Shown here in pieces: positions 9,271 to 20,637 of a stretch of 64,000 bases of DNA. The stretch lies in the NCBI RefSeq assembly GCF_049646505.1, contig NZ_JBARVX010000073.1, positions 7,510 to 71,509 on the forward strand. The letters are read 5' to 3'. The notes beneath the pieces are model-generated. The model did no database searches and had not been told where the DNA came from. It saw only the letters and a program-made list of their open reading frames with translations. This DNA comes from Microcoleus sp. GTDB taxonomy: Bacteria; Cyanobacteriota; Cyanobacteriia; Cyanobacteriales; Microcoleaceae. A program made the translations under genes and the position numbers. Every line of letters begins with the position of its first letter. Positions within the stretch are counted from its first letter, which is position 1.

Positions 9271-9975
9271 GTGGTTCCCTTACGCGACGAAAACCCGATC
9301 AGTATCACTCCCTACGTTACCTACGGGCTGATTGCTGCAAACGTATTAGTATTTTTGTACGAACTCTCCTTGGACGATCGCCAATTAACGGAATTTTTCT
9401 ACTCTTGGGCGGTAGTTCCTTGCCAGCTAAGCAATATGTGTCGGGTAGCGCTGCCAGTTTCGCCATTTCCCGAATGGACTACCCTAATTAGCTCCCAATT
9501 CCTGCACGCAGGCTTTCTCCACATTGCCGGAAATATGTTATTTCTGTGGATTTTTGGCAACAACGTAGAAGAGCGTTTAGGACACATCAAATTTATAATA
9601 TTTTACCTTACCTGCGGCGTTTTAGCATCACTAACTCAGTGGTTTTTTTCCTCAGCATCAGCCATTCCGTCCCTGGGTGCTAGCGGCGCGATCGCAGGCG
9701 TGATGGGCGCATACATTCTCAAATATCCCCAAGCCAAAGTTCTAACACTGCTGCCGTTAGGAATCTTTATTACCACCGTCAGAGTCCCCGCTTTCTTCTT
9801 TCTCGGATTTTGGTTTGCACAGCAAGCACTCAGCGGTTTGGCATCCTTAAATGCCCCGGCAAATGTCGGCATGGAATCCGGGGGAGTTGCCTACTGGGCT
9901 CACGCCGGCGGCTTTGTTTTCGGCGCTATTCTCGGCCCTTTGTTGGGACTTTTTTCTGAGGACGATCGGATTTAG
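9271..9975 (+). CDS. Rhomboid family intramembrane serine protease
   Basis: GTG start giving (M)VPLRDENP. Has HAGFLHIAGNMLFLWIFG, catalytic GASGAIAG and AHAGGF. Confidence 0.9.
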   Translation: MVPLRDENPISITPYVTYGLIAANVLVFLYELSLDDRQLTEFFYSWAVVPCQLSNMCRVALPVSPFPEWTTLISSQFLHAGFLHIAGNMLFLWIFGNNVEERLGHIKFIIFYLTCGVLASLTQWFFSSASAIPSLGASGAIAGVMGAYILKYPQAKVLTLLPLGIFITTVRVPAFFFLGFWFAQQALSGLASLNAPANVGMESGGVAYWAHAGGFVFGAILGPLLGLFSEDDRI

Positions 9976-10026
9976 TTTTTAGTTGGTAGGGGCGGTGGAT
10001 GGTGCGTGCCCGCCCTCTTAGTTGTT

Positions 10027-10162
10027 ATATCGTTTCCGGTTGCATCGGAATGATGTTAACTGTTAACTGTTAACTGTTAACTGTTAAGGAGTGCAACCGG
10101 AATTGATATAACTAATGACCAATGACCAACAACTAATGACCAATGACTAATGACTAATGACT
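10027..10162. repeat. Composite repeat: inverted arms tatatcgtttccggttgca / tgcaaccggaattgatata flanking (GTTAACT)x4, then a (CTAATGAC/CAATGAC) heptamer array
   Basis: Read directly. The left arm recurs at 45628-45656. The array abuts the stop codon of the RTX gene at 10165. Confidence 0.85.
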
Positions 10163-10164
10163 TT

Positions 10165-13125
10165 CTAGATAAAAGTAAAGTCAAATCCCGAAAGAGAAGA
10201 AACCCCAGTTACACCGTTTAACTTCGCCAAAATCTGAGAATCGTTGCCGGTGACGTTATTACCATTGCCGTCATAAATGATGTAAGTATTGCCACCGGAA
10301 TCGTAGGCAAACAAGAAAGCGGTTCCTCCCAAAACATTTGCAGAAACAGTTGTCTGCACGTTCAGTTGAACTTGACTGTTGCCGCTCAGATTCGGGAATC
10401 CGGGGGCAAAATTAAACTGATCCTCGATCGGCACGCCGAGACCGCTAAAATCGGTAATCACATCGTATCCGCCCGTGGCGATCGCAGCACCGATCGCAGC
10501 CGAAGAAGCCGCATCAAACACCGGCCCACCCTCAGCAGGGCTAGTATAGCGGAATTGATTGCTGCCGCCGCCTCCGCTCATCGTATCTGCCCCCTCGCCT
10601 CCGATCAATACATCGTTATCCAAACCGCCATTAATCGTATCGCTGCCGCCTTGCCCGTCAACAGTATCGCTGCCGAGCAAACCGTTCAAATTGTCCGGCA
10701 ACGAGCCTCCAATCAATTTGTTGGGGCCCGTATCGGCCGGCAAGATGCCAACGGTGACAGTACCTACGCCCGGAAGCGTCCCGAATCCGTCGCTGACGCT
10801 GTAGGTGAAAGTAGTGGTACCCGCTACGTTGCCGGGGATGAACTGCACCCGATCGCCCAGATTGACAGCTATGCCCTGTGTTGGCGTACCGACATTGATA
10901 ATGCTCAGCGGCCCTTTTTGCGGGCTCGAATCGTTGGCGAGCACATCGATGAAAGTCGGCAGCAAATTATTCGTACTCGTAAATACGATGCCATCATCGC
11001 CAACAATCGGCGACAGAGTAGTTGGAACAGTTACCGAGGTATCGAAAGAATTGATGTTAATTGCGACTGAGGCTGCCGCCGTGCCGCCTTGGTCGTCAGC
11101 CACGCTGTAGCTGAAAGAGCCCGCTTGCCCGATCGCATCAGCTTTAGGTTGGAACTGCAAGCCCAGCAACTCCTGAACCGTCAATTTTTGGTTGATCGCC
11201 AGCGGACTCGTACCGACAACTACTTGGCCGAAAGTCGGATTGGGGAGTCCAGCTACGCTGACCGACAGCGCTTGGCCCTCCGGGTCACTGGGCGCAGAAA
11301 TGCTCAGAGACAGGGGCAAATTTTGCAAACCAGTCAGCGTCTTGCCAGTTTCCACGATCGGCGGCTCATTAGGAGTCGGAGACGTAAAACTCGGCGGAGT
11401 CGGCCCCCCGCCGAAAGGTGGAGGAGTTGGAGTAGCAGCAGTCGGAGTCGGGACGATGGAAGGACTCGGACTCGGAATTGTCCCGCCCGCAGTCGGTGTC
11501 GGTGTCGGACTCGGAACCTGTGTCGGCAATGTCCCCGGCGACGGAGTTGGACTCGGAGTTGTCCCCGGTGACGGTGATGGAGTCGGACTCGGACTTGTCC
11601 CCGGTGCCGGAGTTGGAGTCGGTGCCGGAGCCGGAGTCGGAGTTGGAGCCGGAGTCGGAGTTGGAGCCGGAGTTGGAGTTGGAGCCGGAGATGGAGTTGG
11701 AGCCGGAGTTGGAGCCGGAGTCGGAGTTGGAGCCGGAGTCGGAGAAGGAGTTGTTCCCGGCGATGGAGTTGGAGAAGGAGTTGTTCCCGCCGGAGTCGGA
11801 GAAGGACTTGTTCCCGTTCCCGGAGTTGGAGAAGGACTTGTCCCCACAATTGTGAAGGGATTGTCCTCTACGCGGGGTATTTGAGCTGTAGTGAACCGAG
11901 ATTCATCTAGCGAGTTCGATCGCACATCCACCAACACCGCCAAAAATTCGCCAGTTTGCCTGTCCCGAATAATCGTGTTGCTAGAATTCGAGCCTTGACC
12001 CTGGAAGATTTCTAACTGTGTAAAGTTTAGACCTCCAGCCAGACCGATCGAATCCTCCGGCTTAAAATCTCTAATTAAATCGGCATCCCCGATGTCGCGG
12101 CCGCCAGTAGTCAGAAACCCGCTGCCACCAGGCGACGTGCCCACCCTACCCAGAACAAAGATATCCGAACCGTCGCCTCCTGTCAGAGTATCAGACCCGC
12201 GATCGCCCGAAAGAATATCATCCCCAGCATCTCCAGACAGAGAATCGTTGTCATCTCCCCCGAATATCAGGTCATCACCCTCACCGCCATCACCAGTATC
12301 ATTACCAACACCACCGCTGATGACATCGCCCCCGTCGCCGCCCAACAAAATATCATTACCCCTAGCGCCGATCAGGCAGTCGTTACCAGTGTCGCCAAAA
12401 ATAGTGTCACTGCCCTTGTCGCCAAAAATCAGGTCATCCTCGGCACCGCCGCGCAGACAGTCATTGCCTTTACCGCCGTACAGCGTGTCGTTACCTTCAG
12501 CACCCAAAACAATATCGTTCCCCTGGTCGCCAAAAGCTGCATCAGCACCAAAGTCCCCAGAAACCAAATCATCGTCTTTGCCGCCCCGCGCCGTGTCATT
12601 GCCGCGCCCGCCTTCAACGATATCTTTACCGGCGCCCCCGTTGAGAGAATCGTCGCCGTCATCGCCCCTGACAATATCGTCCCCGTCCCGACTCAGAATC
12701 GTGTCGTCACCGATATTCCCGGAAATCGTGTCGTTGAACAAACTGCCGACTAAGTAGTTATTCGCCTCGTTTCCCACAACTAAGCCATCGACGAAAACCG
12801 GCTCTGGGGGAGGCGTGGGTACAGTCGGAACTGGCCGCGGCACCGGCGTGACCGAAATCCCCGGACCAGTCCCCGTCATGGTTGGAGAAGTCCCCGTCAT
12901 GGTTGGAGAAGTCCCCGTCATGGTTGGAGAAGTCCCCGTCATGGTTGGAGAAGTCCCCGTCATGGTTGGAGAAGTCCCCGTCATGGTTGGAGAAGTCCCC
13001 GTCATCGTTGGAGAAGTCCCCGTCATGGTTGGAGAAGTCCCCGTCATCGTTGGAGAAGTCCCCGGCGACGGCGTAGGCGAGGTCTCCGGTTCGATAATAA
13101 TATTTAGCGGTACTGCACTCGGCAT
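10165..13125 (-). CDS. Large acidic RTX (hemolysin-type Ca-binding repeat) / cadherin-like secreted or surface protein, oscillin/S-layer-like
   Basis: Two blocks of GGxGxD nonapeptides ([24 protein letters not shown]...; [29 protein letters not shown]). Pro/Thr-rich linkers, Ig/cadherin-like segments ([21 protein letters not shown]) and no Sec signal peptide. AAGGAG lies 7 nt 5' of the ATG. Confidence 0.85.
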   Translation of the reverse strand: MPSAVPLNIIIEPETSPTPSPGTSPTMTGTSPTMTGTSPTMTGTSPTMTGTSPTMTGTSPTMTGTSPTMTGTSPTMTGTSPTMTGTGPGISVTPVPRPVPTVPTPPPEPVFVDGLVVGNEANNYLVGSLFNDTISGNIGDDTILSRDGDDIVRGDDGDDSLNGGAGKDIVEGGRGNDTARGGKDDDLVSGDFGADAAFGDQGNDIVLGAEGNDTLYGGKGNDCLRGGAEDDLIFGDKGSDTIFGDTGNDCLIGARGNDILLGGDGGDVISGGVGNDTGDGGEGDDLIFGGDDNDSLSGDAGDDILSGDRGSDTLTGGDGSDIFVLGRVGTSPGGSGFLTTGGRDIGDADLIRDFKPEDSIGLAGGLNFTQLEIFQGQGSNSSNTIIRDRQTGEFLAVLVDVRSNSLDESRFTTAQIPRVEDNPFTIVGTSPSPTPGTGTSPSPTPAGTTPSPTPSPGTTPSPTPAPTPTPAPTPAPTPSPAPTPTPAPTPTPAPTPTPAPAPTPTPAPGTSPSPTPSPSPGTTPSPTPSPGTLPTQVPSPTPTPTAGGTIPSPSPSIVPTPTAATPTPPPFGGGPTPPSFTSPTPNEPPIVETGKTLTGLQNLPLSLSISAPSDPEGQALSVSVAGLPNPTFGQVVVGTSPLAINQKLTVQELLGLQFQPKADAIGQAGSFSYSVADDQGGTAAASVAININSFDTSVTVPTTLSPIVGDDGIVFTSTNNLLPTFIDVLANDSSPQKGPLSIINVGTPTQGIAVNLGDRVQFIPGNVAGTTTFTYSVSDGFGTLPGVGTVTVGILPADTGPNKLIGGSLPDNLNGLLGSDTVDGQGGSDTINGGLDNDVLIGGEGADTMSGGGGSNQFRYTSPAEGGPVFDAASSAAIGAAIATGGYDVITDFSGLGVPIEDQFNFAPGFPNLSGNSQVQLNVQTTVSANVLGGTAFLFAYDSGGNTYIIYDGNGNNVTGNDSQILAKLNGVTGVSSLSGFDFTFI
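12869..13057. repeat. Nine near-perfect 21-bp tandem repeats inside the RTX gene (encode TSPTMTG x9)
   Basis: Unit is agtccccgtcatggttggaga. Only two units differ, each by one synonymous G-to-C change. Confidence 0.95.
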
Positions 13126-13163
13126 TGTTTCGACTCCTTGCGACGCTACTCAAAAACTAACTA

Positions 13164-16100
13164 CTAAATAAACTTAAAGTCAGAGGCAGTAATGACGGTG
13201 CTCAGAGCTCCCGGCACTGTAGGAATAGAATTCAAAACTGCCAAATCGAAAGCTGGGAGACTGTCATCCGCCACATTTGGGTCGAACCCGAGAACGTACT
13301 TGTTAAAAGTATTGTTCAGGTAGACGAAGAAAGCTCCAGCTTTGGTCGAACCGTTTTGATTCTTCAACACTGCATTCACTGCTTGAGCGTTGTCAAATTT
13401 AGATTCAAACAAAATGACTGATTGCTTGCTGATATTGTCGCCGCTGCTGCCGATATTTCTGACGATAAAACTGGTGAAATCGTTAGTAGTTCCAGAGTTG
13501 GTTAAACCGGCGAAATTCGCTGACCTGAACAAGAATCTGTCTGTGCCGGTGCCGTTGGCATTAAAGTCGGCAATAATATCCACACCTTCACTCGGAGTTT
13601 CGTAGTAGAAGAAATCATTGCCGGCATCGCCAGTGAGCAAGTCAGAACCGTTTCCGCCACCCAAAATGTCATTGCCGGCACCGCCGGAAAGCGAGTCGTT
13701 GTCATCGCCGCCCAACACCAAGTCGTTGCCGAAAGCGCCGCTGAGACAGTCGCTGCCACCGCCGCCGTCTACGGTGTCGTCGCCCGCTTCGCCGAACAGG
13801 GAGTCGCTGCCGCCCTCGCCCAAAATGTAGTCGTTGCCCGAACCTCCGAGTGCTGTGTCGCTGCCTTCGTTGCCCAAAATTGTGTCTTCGCTGTCGCCGC
13901 CGGAGATGAAATCGTTATTGATGCCGCCGTCTAGCAAGTTTCTGCCGAGGCTGCCGTCGATGATGTCGTCCCCTGCGCCGCCGTCGATGGTGTCGTCGCC
14001 TAAACCGCCCAATAAGGTGTCGGTGCCGGTGCCTCCAAGTATCGAGTCTTCGCCGGCTTCTCCCAATATCGAGTCGTTGCCCGTTCCGCCGTCGATGGTG
14101 TCGCCGTTGTCGCCGCCCTGGATGATGTCGTTGTCGTTGCCGCCGAACATCAGGTCGTTGCCGATTCCGCCGATTAGGGAGTCGATGCCGTCTTCGCCGT
14201 CGATGGTGTCGTTGCCGAGCCCGCCGTCGAGGGTGTCGTTGCCGATCGAACCTAGCAGCGAGTCGTTGCCTCCCTCACCGAATTCGAGGTCGTCGCCGCC
14301 CCTGCCGTCGATAATGTCGTTGCCGTCGCCTCCAGAGAGGGTATCGTTGCCGGCCCCGCCGATGATGAAGTCGCTGAGGTTGCTGCCTGTAAAGCTGCTG
14401 GCAGGGAGTTGGGTGCGATCGACAATGCTGTCAACCACCGTAATGCTGAAGGATGCAGGCCCGATCGTTGCAGATCCGTCGGAAGCTGTAAACGTGAAAC
14501 TGTCGCTGCTGCCTGCCGCCAGCAAGTTGTATTTGACAATGTTGTTGTTGATATCGTCTTGGCTGAATTGGCCGCCGACGTTGAGAAAGGTGGTTCCCCT
14601 TTGGACAAAACCTCTGGTGGCGTCGGGGGCTTTGGTAATTGTGTAAACGATTTCCGACGGCGGGTTGTCGGGATCTGTTACTAACAAATCTGCGGAGGTG
14701 ATTGTCTGGGTGGGAGCACTTTTGGCAACCACCACACCGCCGTTAACTTCTAGCTGCGGCGGGCTGCTGACGTTGATGGTTACTACCGCCTGACTCGTGC
14801 CGCCGCTGCTGTCTGCGATCGAGTAACTGAAGCTGTCAGTACCTGAGAAGCCTGGATTTGGGGTGTATTTGAATAGGCCGCCACCAAAGGGAGTCAGGTT
14901 TCCTTTGGCTGTTGGGGTAAAAGTCGTGACAGTCAAAGAGTCATTCTCCGGATCGGTGTCGTTGAACAGAACGTTGAGACTGAGTTCTTGACCCGAAACC
15001 GTGGTGAAGTTGTCGTTAACTGCTCTGGGCGCCTGATTTGGGAAGGGCAGAGGATTTGGTGTCGGACTCGGTGTCGGTGTCGGTGTCGGACTTGCTGTCG
15101 GCGTCGGGAACATCGGCGTCGGACTCGCTGTCGGCGTCGGGAACATCGGTGTCGGACTCGGTGTCGGCGTCGGACTGTCTGTCGGTGTCGGCGTCGGACT
15201 GTCTGTCGGCGTCGGTGTCGGACTTGCTGTCGGTGTCGGCGTCGGCGTCGGCGTCGGAGAAGGACTCGGCGTGGGTAGGGGCAGCGGGGTGGCGCTGCCG
15301 GGAACTGTAGGGGCAATTACAAAGGAACTGCGTCCCAGGGTTCTGCTGTCAACTCCCGGCAATACTGCTAAAAAGTCGCCGCTGACTCCGTTGCGAATAA
15401 TTGCGCTGCCGGCTTTGCTGTCGGTGCTTTGGAAGATTACCAAATCTTCAAATTTGAGGTCGCCGCTGAGTCCGATCGAATCTTCGCCTTGGCGAAAGTC
15501 TGTGAAAATGTCGGCATCGGCGATATCCGGGCCGCCTGTGGTCACAAATGCCGGGTTAGTGCCGTCGCTGCTGCTGCCGCTGGGGGAACTGAAGCCACCG
15601 ATGACAAAGACATCTCTGCCTTCGCCTCCTGCCACGATGTCTTTGCCTTCGTCGCCCCACAGCACGTCGTTGCCAGCGCCGCCGTCGATGATGTCGTCTC
15701 CTGCACCGCCGAACACGATGTCGTCGCCGTCGCCTGCAAATATTGTGTCCGCACCCGCGTCTCCGTAGAGCCAGTCGCCTCCTTCGTTGCCAAACAGCAA
15801 GTCTTCGCCGTCGCCGCCGAAGAGCGAGTCGTTACCTTCGTCGCCCCACACGATGTCGTCGCCTCGATCGCCCGAAAAGCTATCGTCGCCAGAGCCCCCG
15901 CGCAAGCTGTCGCCGCCTTTGCCGCCGTAAGCCGTGTCTCTGCCTTCGCCTCCGATTACCGTGTCGTTGCCGTCGTTGCCGTACAGGAGGTCGGGGTTGT
16001 TTCCCCCGTCGAGGGAGTCGTTGTTTTTGCCTCCGTAGATGGTATCGAGTCCTGAACCGCCGTCGAGTACGTCGTTGCCGGGCCCGCCGAACAGCAAGTC

Positions 16101-16469
16101 GTCATCCTCGTTGCCAAACAGTAAATCGTCGCCCTCGGATGCTTGCACGGTATCGTTGCCTTGCAGCCCGGAAATCACGTCGGGGCCGATGCTGCCAACT
16201 AAGGAGTCGTTGGTGTCTGTGCCCCGGATCACGCCTCCGAGCGTTGATGGTTGGGTACCCGCGCCTCCGCCCAAGGTGTCGTCAAAGCCGCCAAATGTGT
16301 CGTCGGAGGGAGTGGGGGTGGGAGTTGGAGCGGGAGTTGGAGCCGGAGTGGGAGTGGGAGCCGGAGTTGGAGTTGGAGTTGGCGTCGGCTCCGGTGTTGG
16401 TGTTGGCGTTGGCTCCGGTGTCGGCGTCGGCGTCGGCTCAATTATTACAATTGGTACTGCACTGGGCAT
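13164..16469 (-). CDS. Large acidic RTX / cadherin-like secreted or surface protein (paralogue of 10165..13125)
   Basis: Same N-terminus as its neighbour ([12 protein letters not shown], then a PT-run), two long GGxGxD blocks and cadherin-like modules (AVNDNFTT...[10 protein letters not shown]...[11 protein letters not shown]). The C-terminus ends DFKFI, against DFTFI in the neighbour. AAGGAG Shine-Dalgarno present. Only 38 nt separate the two genes. Confidence 0.85.
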   Translation of the reverse strand: MPSAVPIVIIEPTPTPTPEPTPTPTPEPTPTPTPTPAPTPTPAPTPAPTPTPTPSDDTFGGFDDTLGGGAGTQPSTLGGVIRGTDTNDSLVGSIGPDVISGLQGNDTVQASEGDDLLFGNEDDDLLFGGPGNDVLDGGSGLDTIYGGKNNDSLDGGNNPDLLYGNDGNDTVIGGEGRDTAYGGKGGDSLRGGSGDDSFSGDRGDDIVWGDEGNDSLFGGDGEDLLFGNEGGDWLYGDAGADTIFAGDGDDIVFGGAGDDIIDGGAGNDVLWGDEGKDIVAGGEGRDVFVIGGFSSPSGSSSDGTNPAFVTTGGPDIADADIFTDFRQGEDSIGLSGDLKFEDLVIFQSTDSKAGSAIIRNGVSGDFLAVLPGVDSRTLGRSSFVIAPTVPGSATPLPLPTPSPSPTPTPTPTPTASPTPTPTDSPTPTPTDSPTPTPSPTPMFPTPTASPTPMFPTPTASPTPTPTPSPTPNPLPFPNQAPRAVNDNFTTVSGQELSLNVLFNDTDPENDSLTVTTFTPTAKGNLTPFGGGLFKYTPNPGFSGTDSFSYSIADSSGGTSQAVVTINVSSPPQLEVNGGVVVAKSAPTQTITSADLLVTDPDNPPSEIVYTITKAPDATRGFVQRGTTFLNVGGQFSQDDINNNIVKYNLLAAGSSDSFTFTASDGSATIGPASFSITVVDSIVDRTQLPASSFTGSNLSDFIIGGAGNDTLSGGDGNDIIDGRGGDDLEFGEGGNDSLLGSIGNDTLDGGLGNDTIDGEDGIDSLIGGIGNDLMFGGNDNDIIQGGDNGDTIDGGTGNDSILGEAGEDSILGGTGTDTLLGGLGDDTIDGGAGDDIIDGSLGRNLLDGGINNDFISGGDSEDTILGNEGSDTALGGSGNDYILGEGGSDSLFGEAGDDTVDGGGGSDCLSGAFGNDLVLGGDDNDSLSGGAGNDILGGGNGSDLLTGDAGNDFFYYETPSEGVDIIADFNANGTGTDRFLFRSANFAGLTNSGTTNDFTSFIVRNIGSSGDNISKQSVILFESKFDNAQAVNAVLKNQNGSTKAGAFFVYLNNTFNKYVLGFDPNVADDSLPAFDLAVLNSIPTVPGALSTVITASDFKFI

Positions 16470-16548
16470 TATTTTGGCTCCTTTAAACGACTATCCCGAT
16501 TAACTTTAAGAACTGATTAATATCAGTTTGTTGCCACAAATCTGGCTG

Positions 16549-16695
16549 ATACCAAATCCGGGTAATATACCCCCTTTACGATCGAACTGCGAAGACGCAG
16601 TACGCGAAGCGGCGCGTCAGCGCTAAAGCGCGAAGAGAAGAAGAGTCAAGAGAAGAGTCAGGTGATCGAGGGGATAGCTAACTCGGATTTGGCAT
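16549..16695. mobile_element. MITE-like element, family D (TIR ATACCAAATCCGGGTAA...)
   Basis: Left end ataccaaatccgggtaatatacccc faces right end ggggatagctaactcggatttggcat, matching about 19 of 25 as inverted repeats. A second copy lies at 24075-24189. Confidence 0.7.
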
Positions 16696-16943
16696 TATTA
16701 TTGATTAATAATCTCGATCTTTTCTAGCATACTAAATCAAAATTGCCAGGGCTATAGATATTTCTTAACTCAGGTTTTTTTTGAGCCCAAAATATTAATG
16801 CTTGCAAGTTCTGATGCCTGTTTTGGGTATACTTTAATATCGCTAGATTTGGCTCGAACCTAAAAGTCTGACTTCCAGTCAGCCTGCACTAGCTATCCAG
16901 AGGGGAAAAAAATAAAAATTTTGGCATTCATAATTTTCTTTGC

Positions 16944-19196
16944 TCAAGTTGAATGTCGAATGCCGAATGCCGAATGCCCAATGCCTGACTGCTGACAAGA
17001 AACAGCGCTCTGAATGAGGGGCACAAGTGGCCCGGTTTGCTCTTGTCCGTTGACGGCTAGTTCGCTGTGGCAAAGGTAAAGCACCGAACAGCGACTTAAC
17101 AAATCTACCAGAATTCGCCGCAGCCGCTGTTGGTCGGCCGCGGTTTCGTCTTCGGTTTCCCAGGGACGCCCCAGTTGCGATCGCAAAAATAAGGGAGCTC
17201 CAAACAGTGTCGCCGCACCGCCGCTCAGCCACAGGGGGGAGCCGGCATCGAGCCAAAAGTGCCATTTGTGGGCGCGGCGGCTGCTGCGGTACTGGAAGAT
17301 GTTGGCGAGGGTGACGGTTCGGGCTGCTGGGCCTTCTAGACCAACTGGAAACGGGTTGGCTGTGACGGTTCCTTGGCGCAATAATTGGATGAACTGGGCG
17401 ATGGTTTCTGAGTCGCTGCTGTTTGTTGGTTCTTGGCGCTGCATTCGCCCGTGTATTTCCCAGTAGTGGGCGGCGGTTTCCATTAGTTCCCGCAGGGCTG
17501 CTAGCCGATCGCCCGCTAGGTATCTGTCGCCGATCAGAAATTTCTGGATCGCTCGATCGAGCAGGGCTATTGGACTCGGTAACAGCCGCTCTTGCTGTTG
17601 CAACCGCTGCTGTTCGATCCATTCGACAATCTGCTCGCAGGCCCGAGCGGCTCGGTGTCCCAGTCTGTCCCACCGGGGAAATACTTTAATTTCCAGCAGT
17701 TGAGGTCGATCGACATTTGGACAAAAACAGCTATCGGCGATTAAACCTGCTCTCACTGGATCGATCGATTTGGCGTTTGGGATTTGAGATTTTAGGTGGA
17801 AATTATTGGGCTGGGAATCTTCTGTTTCCACTGCTTCCCGGTGTTTCTGGCTGCCTAAAATTACCAGCATTTCGGCTACTGCGTCTCGATCGACTAAACG
17901 GCCAAGTCCCGGATAAACTAATGCTAACAAAGTCAGCAAAGCTCGAATCTCTGGCGTAGTCGATAGGGGACGCTGATCGTTGAGAGATTCGGTGGCGATA
18001 CCCGATCTGGCTAGAATTTCGGTTAAGCTGTAACGGGCGATCGCGTCCATCCCCGGAGCAATTACGGCGATTTCTTGCGGCTCTACGGCTTGTGATTTCA
18101 CCGCATCTACAATAATTTCGGCGGTTTCTCGCAGCAGTTGAGCGCGGGAAGTTGTTTCGAGCGATCGAACCGATCCTGGCAAAGTCAAGCCTAAAGGATA
18201 AAAACCCTCAGTATTCACTGCTAAACTTACCGCTAAATCTCCAATTTCTAGGGCTAAACCGGCTTTTGCGTCCAAATTTTCCACCCTTTGACACCGGCTT
18301 TCGAGTTGGGCCAGGTATTCGGTGTCGGCCCCCAAACCCAAACGCACTCCTCCATCCCGATTGTAGGAGAACGCCCCCGCTGCGCCTCGATCGAGCATTC
18401 GATCGAACAAATGGCGGCTGATGGCCGGATAATCGTCAACATCATCTGCAATCACAGCTTGGTATCTAGAAGCCAACTGCTGCTGGTAAGCCGGATTTGG
18501 CAACAAATACCGCCAGTAGAGCTCGCAAACAATCCCGTAAGTCAGCAGCCCCCGCGTCAAGCACCATTCCCGCCACCTTTCGAGCAACTCTCCCATGCTC
18601 GTCCACAGGCTGTTCGAGCCGTCTGAGAGAGCAAATCCCTGTTCCAAAATGCTCTTAATTTCTTCTCTGGGCGTACCGCTGACAGCAGCAAGTTGTAATA
18701 AGTCTAGAGTTCGACGCACCATTCGGTTTGGACTTACCCCTGTTTGTTGCAAAATGCCTTCGTCTAATTCGCGACGCCAGAGTCTCGCGGCAAGTTCCAA
18801 TTCTGTTTCAGGTTGCAGCCGCAGGGGAAATTGAGCCTTCAAATCCAGTGACTCAACTAGCAGCGGCCAAAATAGCAATACTTCCTGCTCAAAAAAACCG
18901 AAGGGTGTTGTTGAGTGAAAGGCATATTTTGCTTGGGTAGCTGCAGCGATGCGATCGGCCAATTCCAGCCGATTCTCTCCGTTAGCTGCTAAGACTAAAA
19001 TTGCTGGGGCTGTTTGTCCCGCCCGCCGCCGCCCGGAACGCCCGCGGCTCGAAAGTGTTGCAGGCAAAGACTTGACGGTTTCGCTCCAAAGGCAGAACTG
19101 CTCGACTAAGCGAGCGGTTTTGCCGCTGCGGGCGGCTCCGGCGATCCAAATTGAATTTTCTGCTGGCGTTCCCAATTTATGTAAGTTTGTTAACAT
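16944..19196 (-). CDS. UvrD/AddB-like superfamily-1 helicase-like P-loop protein with degenerate helicase motifs
   Basis: Walker A is IAGAARSGKT. Motif II position reads VIADDVDDYP instead of DExQD. The motif V/VI regions are degenerate (TLANIFQYRS). The last codons (GIGHSAFGIRHST*) are translated GAATGCC heptamer repeats at 16950-16984. Confidence 0.5.
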   Translation of the reverse strand: MLTNLHKLGTPAENSIWIAGAARSGKTARLVEQFCLWSETVKSLPATLSSRGRSGRRRAGQTAPAILVLAANGENRLELADRIAAATQAKYAFHSTTPFGFFEQEVLLFWPLLVESLDLKAQFPLRLQPETELELAARLWRRELDEGILQQTGVSPNRMVRRTLDLLQLAAVSGTPREEIKSILEQGFALSDGSNSLWTSMGELLERWREWCLTRGLLTYGIVCELYWRYLLPNPAYQQQLASRYQAVIADDVDDYPAISRHLFDRMLDRGAAGAFSYNRDGGVRLGLGADTEYLAQLESRCQRVENLDAKAGLALEIGDLAVSLAVNTEGFYPLGLTLPGSVRSLETTSRAQLLRETAEIIVDAVKSQAVEPQEIAVIAPGMDAIARYSLTEILARSGIATESLNDQRPLSTTPEIRALLTLLALVYPGLGRLVDRDAVAEMLVILGSQKHREAVETEDSQPNNFHLKSQIPNAKSIDPVRAGLIADSCFCPNVDRPQLLEIKVFPRWDRLGHRAARACEQIVEWIEQQRLQQQERLLPSPIALLDRAIQKFLIGDRYLAGDRLAALRELMETAAHYWEIHGRMQRQEPTNSSDSETIAQFIQLLRQGTVTANPFPVGLEGPAARTVTLANIFQYRSSRRAHKWHFWLDAGSPLWLSGGAATLFGAPLFLRSQLGRPWETEDETAADQQRLRRILVDLLSRCSVLYLCHSELAVNGQEQTGPLVPLIQSAVSCQQSGIGHSAFGIRHST

Positions 19197-19249
19197 ACCA
19201 TGAATACTTTAATCACTAATGTCTGCACCGGACTAACTAGGTTTTAGTT

Positions 19250-20617
19250 ATGAATACTTCTGCGTGGAACAGGTTTGTAAAATATCTCTACAGCGCTAAC
19301 CAGTGGTACAGAGAAACGCCTGAAAGGGCCTTAGAACAGGCTTATGATGCTGCCTTAGCAATTAAGGCGATCGAAGATGAGCATTTTGGCGGCCAAGGAA
19401 TCTCCGGGCGATCGGGCGATTACGGAGACAGCACCCTGTCTTACTTTAAATCCGAACTGCAAAAATACCTCAAGGTCATCCAAACCAGGATGGTGGAGTT
19501 TAATGCTAGCCGTTCTTTTTTGGAATTGCCCGATCGGGTGGGGGCAAAACCGCAAGCCGGGCAGAACAAGACACAGCGTCACCAGCACGGAGTCGGTTTC
19601 GACAATAGTAAAGAGCGAGCATCTCTTGTATTTGAAAAGCTCGAATTTATTGATAGAGTCATTGGCAAGTATATTAACAACAGTAAATCAACGGCGATCG
19701 TTCCGGTTGTCAACCCTACAAACCAGCAGTTAAAATCTACAGATAGTACCTCTCTAATAAAAGCAAATAAAGGATCGGGCACTTCAATTCAAACTGCGGA
19801 CGGTGAGGTTGACACTCAGTATGAAGAGGTGAATTTATTACCCAGATCGCTGTTGGGAACGTTGAATCGAATTACTAAAGATTTAGACCCGGAAGCGGAA
19901 AAAGACGTAGTTAAGAATTTCCGCAACTCCAAAATAAAAACAGTCATTTCTCTGAGATTTATTTTGCTGTTGATTTTAGTTCCGCTGTTAACGAATCAAA
20001 TTGCCAAAAATTTTGTAGTCGGGCCGATAGTTGACAGTTTTAGAGTCAACCAAAATGCTCCTATTTTCATAAATTTTGAGCTGGAAGAAGAAGCCTTCGG
20101 CAAACTGGAGAGATTTGAGCAGAATCTCAAATTTCAAACGTTGATTGGCATGGCTCCGCCGCTTTCTGCTGAGGAAACGGAAGAGAAGGTTGCCAAAAAA
20201 GCAGTTGAGATAGCAGAGGAATACCGCAGTGAAAGTGGTGGAGCGATTAAAAATATTTTTGCCGATTTAATTGCCTGCGCTGCCTTTGTCGTGGTTATTG
20301 TTACTAGCAAGAAAGAGATTGAGATTTTAAAGTCTTTCATGGACGATCTGATTTACGGGCTCAGCGACAGTGCTAAGGCTTTCATAATTATTTTGTTTAC
20401 TGATGTGTTTGTGGGATTTCACTCGCCTCACGGTTGGGAAATAATTCTCGAAGGTTTATCAAGGCATTTGGGACTGCCAGAAAATAGGCAGTTTATATTT
20501 CTGTTTATTGCGACGTTTCCAGTTATCTTGGATACGGTATTTAAGTATTGGATATTCCGCTATTTGAACCGCAGTTCACCTTCTGCAGTTGCTACTTACA
20601 AGAATATGAACGAGTAA
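19250..20617 (+). CDS. pxcA: Proton extrusion protein PxcA (CemA family)
   Basis: C-terminus FHSPHGWEIILEGLSRHLGLPENRQFIFLFIATFPVILDTVFKYWIFRYLNRSSPSAVATYKNMNE is the hallmark CemA/PxcA sequence. Confidence 0.93.
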   Translation: MNTSAWNRFVKYLYSANQWYRETPERALEQAYDAALAIKAIEDEHFGGQGISGRSGDYGDSTLSYFKSELQKYLKVIQTRMVEFNASRSFLELPDRVGAKPQAGQNKTQRHQHGVGFDNSKERASLVFEKLEFIDRVIGKYINNSKSTAIVPVVNPTNQQLKSTDSTSLIKANKGSGTSIQTADGEVDTQYEEVNLLPRSLLGTLNRITKDLDPEAEKDVVKNFRNSKIKTVISLRFILLLILVPLLTNQIAKNFVVGPIVDSFRVNQNAPIFINFELEEEAFGKLERFEQNLKFQTLIGMAPPLSAEETEEKVAKKAVEIAEEYRSESGGAIKNIFADLIACAAFVVVIVTSKKEIEILKSFMDDLIYGLSDSAKAFIIILFTDVFVGFHSPHGWEIILEGLSRHLGLPENRQFIFLFIATFPVILDTVFKYWIFRYLNRSSPSAVATYKNMNE

Positions 20618-20637
20618 TATCAAATCCGGTAGCATCG

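Noticed and set aside
10366-16520. Many long alternative-frame and antisense ORFs inside the two RTX genes (e.g. 10366..11070, 11192..11884, 12092..12757, 13834..14646, 15743..16486)
   Set aside because: They are by-products of GC-rich, highly repetitive GGxGxD and Pro/Thr codon runs. Their translations are low-complexity (Ser/Pro/Arg/Gly strings) and have no start context. The minus-strand frames give coherent RTX/cadherin proteins.
16879-17673. 264-aa ORF on the minus strand overlapping the helicase-like gene in another frame
   Set aside because: The translation is Arg/Pro/Ser-rich with no motifs. It is fully nested in a better-supported 750-aa frame.
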